The notes below the pieces were generated by a model. The model was not told where the DNA came from and did not search any database. It saw only the letters and a list, made by a program, of their open reading frames with translations. Below are positions 62,401-64,000 of a DNA stretch of 64,000 nucleotides, piece after piece. A program made the translations under genes and the position numbers. How positions within the stretch are numbered: position 1 is the first letter of the stretch; the number at the start of each line of letters is the position of its first letter. This stretch comes from Eledone cirrhosa (lineage: Eukaryota): contig OZ024742.1 of NCBI GenBank assembly GCA_964016885.1, forward strand, positions 144,832,001 to 144,896,000, written 5' to 3'.

Positions 62401-64000
62401 TGGTGGTGGTGTGGTTGTTGGTGGTGGTGATGCTTGTGGTGGTGATGGTGGTGGTGGTGTTGCTGCAAGTCTCCTTACAGCCTTTACTCTTCTTTGTTTG
62501 TCCTCGCTTTTGGATGGCGAAGCAAAGTGGTTCATTCGTTTTTGTTTTTTGTGACAGACTTTTTGCCACTTCACTCCCACCTCATACTCTATGTCGGATT
62601 CCGTGGCGTCTGGGAGGAGTATGCGCTCCACGGCTGTTGGTGGTGGTAGTATAGCACCCTCCGGTGATTTTGTTGCTGGTGCAGCTACTGCAAATGTAGC
62701 TACTGGTGTTGCCGCTGTTTTAGTTGTCCGTGGCCTTGGTATGGGTGGCACGGACGTTGCCCTCCTACTCACCGTGGAAGGGTCTTCTGCCTCTGTTGCC
62801 TGCCCTACTCTTGGTAGCAGCGGATCAGGGGTCGGAAGAAGGGGGGGGGGGGGGGGGCTCTTCTTGGCTGTCTTCTGCGGGCAAAAGGCCCTGAGGTGAC
62901 CCTTTTGCCCACAGAGATAGCACTTTGGGCGCCTGCCTTCCACGCTTATAGGGAATTGAAGTCCTTCCTCGAGGTTTATGATATCTCTGATGGCCTCGAT
63001 ACACTCCTGCATTTGCATGCCTATAACTGACCAGTTCTCTCTTTCCATTCTCTGTATTTGCAGTATGGTGGTCCTGTCCTCGATTCCAGCAAGGGCAGAC
63101 GCGGCCAGCCAAGGTTTGGGCACGTCGGGCGGGACAAGGGTCACTTTGACCATCATAGCTTTTTGTGCCCGCAGTAGGAGGGCACCAAGACTATCTCCTC
63201 ACTCTTTAGGGTTTCCATAGAGTGAGACTTCGCCTCTTGGGGGTGGCGAAAAGTACGTCTACTTTGGCATACTGTTTGCCTCGGGTGATGTGGGTTTTGC
63301 GCACCCAGACGCACCCCAAGGCCTTTTGGATTTGAGCCTCTGTGGCTCTCTCTACCCGATGTGTGTGACATTTTGCTTACCGTGCGGTACGTCACCGTCC
63401 GTAACTACTGGTCCTTGAAAAAATCGGGTGGAGGTTTCTGCTATTGTTGTTATTGTTGTTGTTGCTGTGGTTGTCATTGTTGTTGATATTGTTGTCTTTG
63501 TTGTCGTTCTTTCTGTTGTTGGTGGTGTTGTTGTCATTATTGCAGTTGTCGTTGATTTTCCTGTCTTTGTTGTTGGTGCTGTTGTCGTTCTTGTTCACGA
63601 CTGTTTCTTCTTTTTTACTGTTTTTGTTAATGTCGCTGTTGCTGCTGTTTGTTTATTTTTGTTTATATTAGTGTTCTCACTGTTGTTGGTGCTGGTGTTG
63701 GTGATATTGCCTGATGTGTTGCTACATTTTAAAATTGTTGCGGGATAGGCAGCGTTATTAGCCTCAAAGTCTTACTCGCTGTCGCAAGACAGCAAACTCA
63801 AACTTGGGGGGTGACTTCGCCATGTTTTTGTTTTTTTTCGATAAAAACTTTCTTTTAAACACACAAACGTTAAATATTTGGGCCAAAAGGCCCAAATATC
63901 AAGGGAAGTCCTTTCTTGGTGGCAAAGACTAAAGTCTTATTTCCAGTTTGAAACAAAAATATTAATAACAAACGTATTTCAAACCGTAAAAGAAAAAACT
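59456..64000 (-). mobile_element. Tx1-group element copy 3, more diverged, endonuclease deleted; 5' end at or beyond the window edge
   Basis: ORF2 pieces 59719-61923 (SAYADD); ORF1 62011-63823 (CYLCGQKGHLRAFC); MAVLRIGSINVRGLST joined directly to YFAELFG. Confidence 0.9.

Overview
AT-rich, microsatellite-laden eukaryotic DNA consisting almost entirely of transposable elements. The SINE families and repeat landscape resemble octopus/cephalopod genomes (inference). I cannot support any host protein-coding exon. Contents: (i) a head-to-tail array of three Tx1/L1-group non-LTR retrotransposons (47.3-64 kb, minus strand) separated by (AAT)n, one nearly intact, plus two further remnants; (ii) two Penelope-like elements (PLEs) and about seven different hammerhead-ribozyme (HHR) motifs, many in head-to-head fold-back structures whose ends run into (TA)n; (iii) a decayed Helitron (PIF1 helicase plus C19 protease); (iv) CRE-, R4/Dong-, HERO- and RTE-like fragments; (v) more than 12 copies of a tRNA-derived SINE, often as doublets. 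Most notable observation: the SINE 3' tail and the Tx1 3' tail share a covarying stem-loop (YYTGT loop) followed by AGAAA-x-x-ATTATT, both insert at ATTAT/(ATT)n sites, and a similar hairpin recurs in the Tx1 5' UTRs. This is a candidate stringent-type Tx1 LINE/SINE partnership. Coordinates were read by eye and may be off by a few bases.
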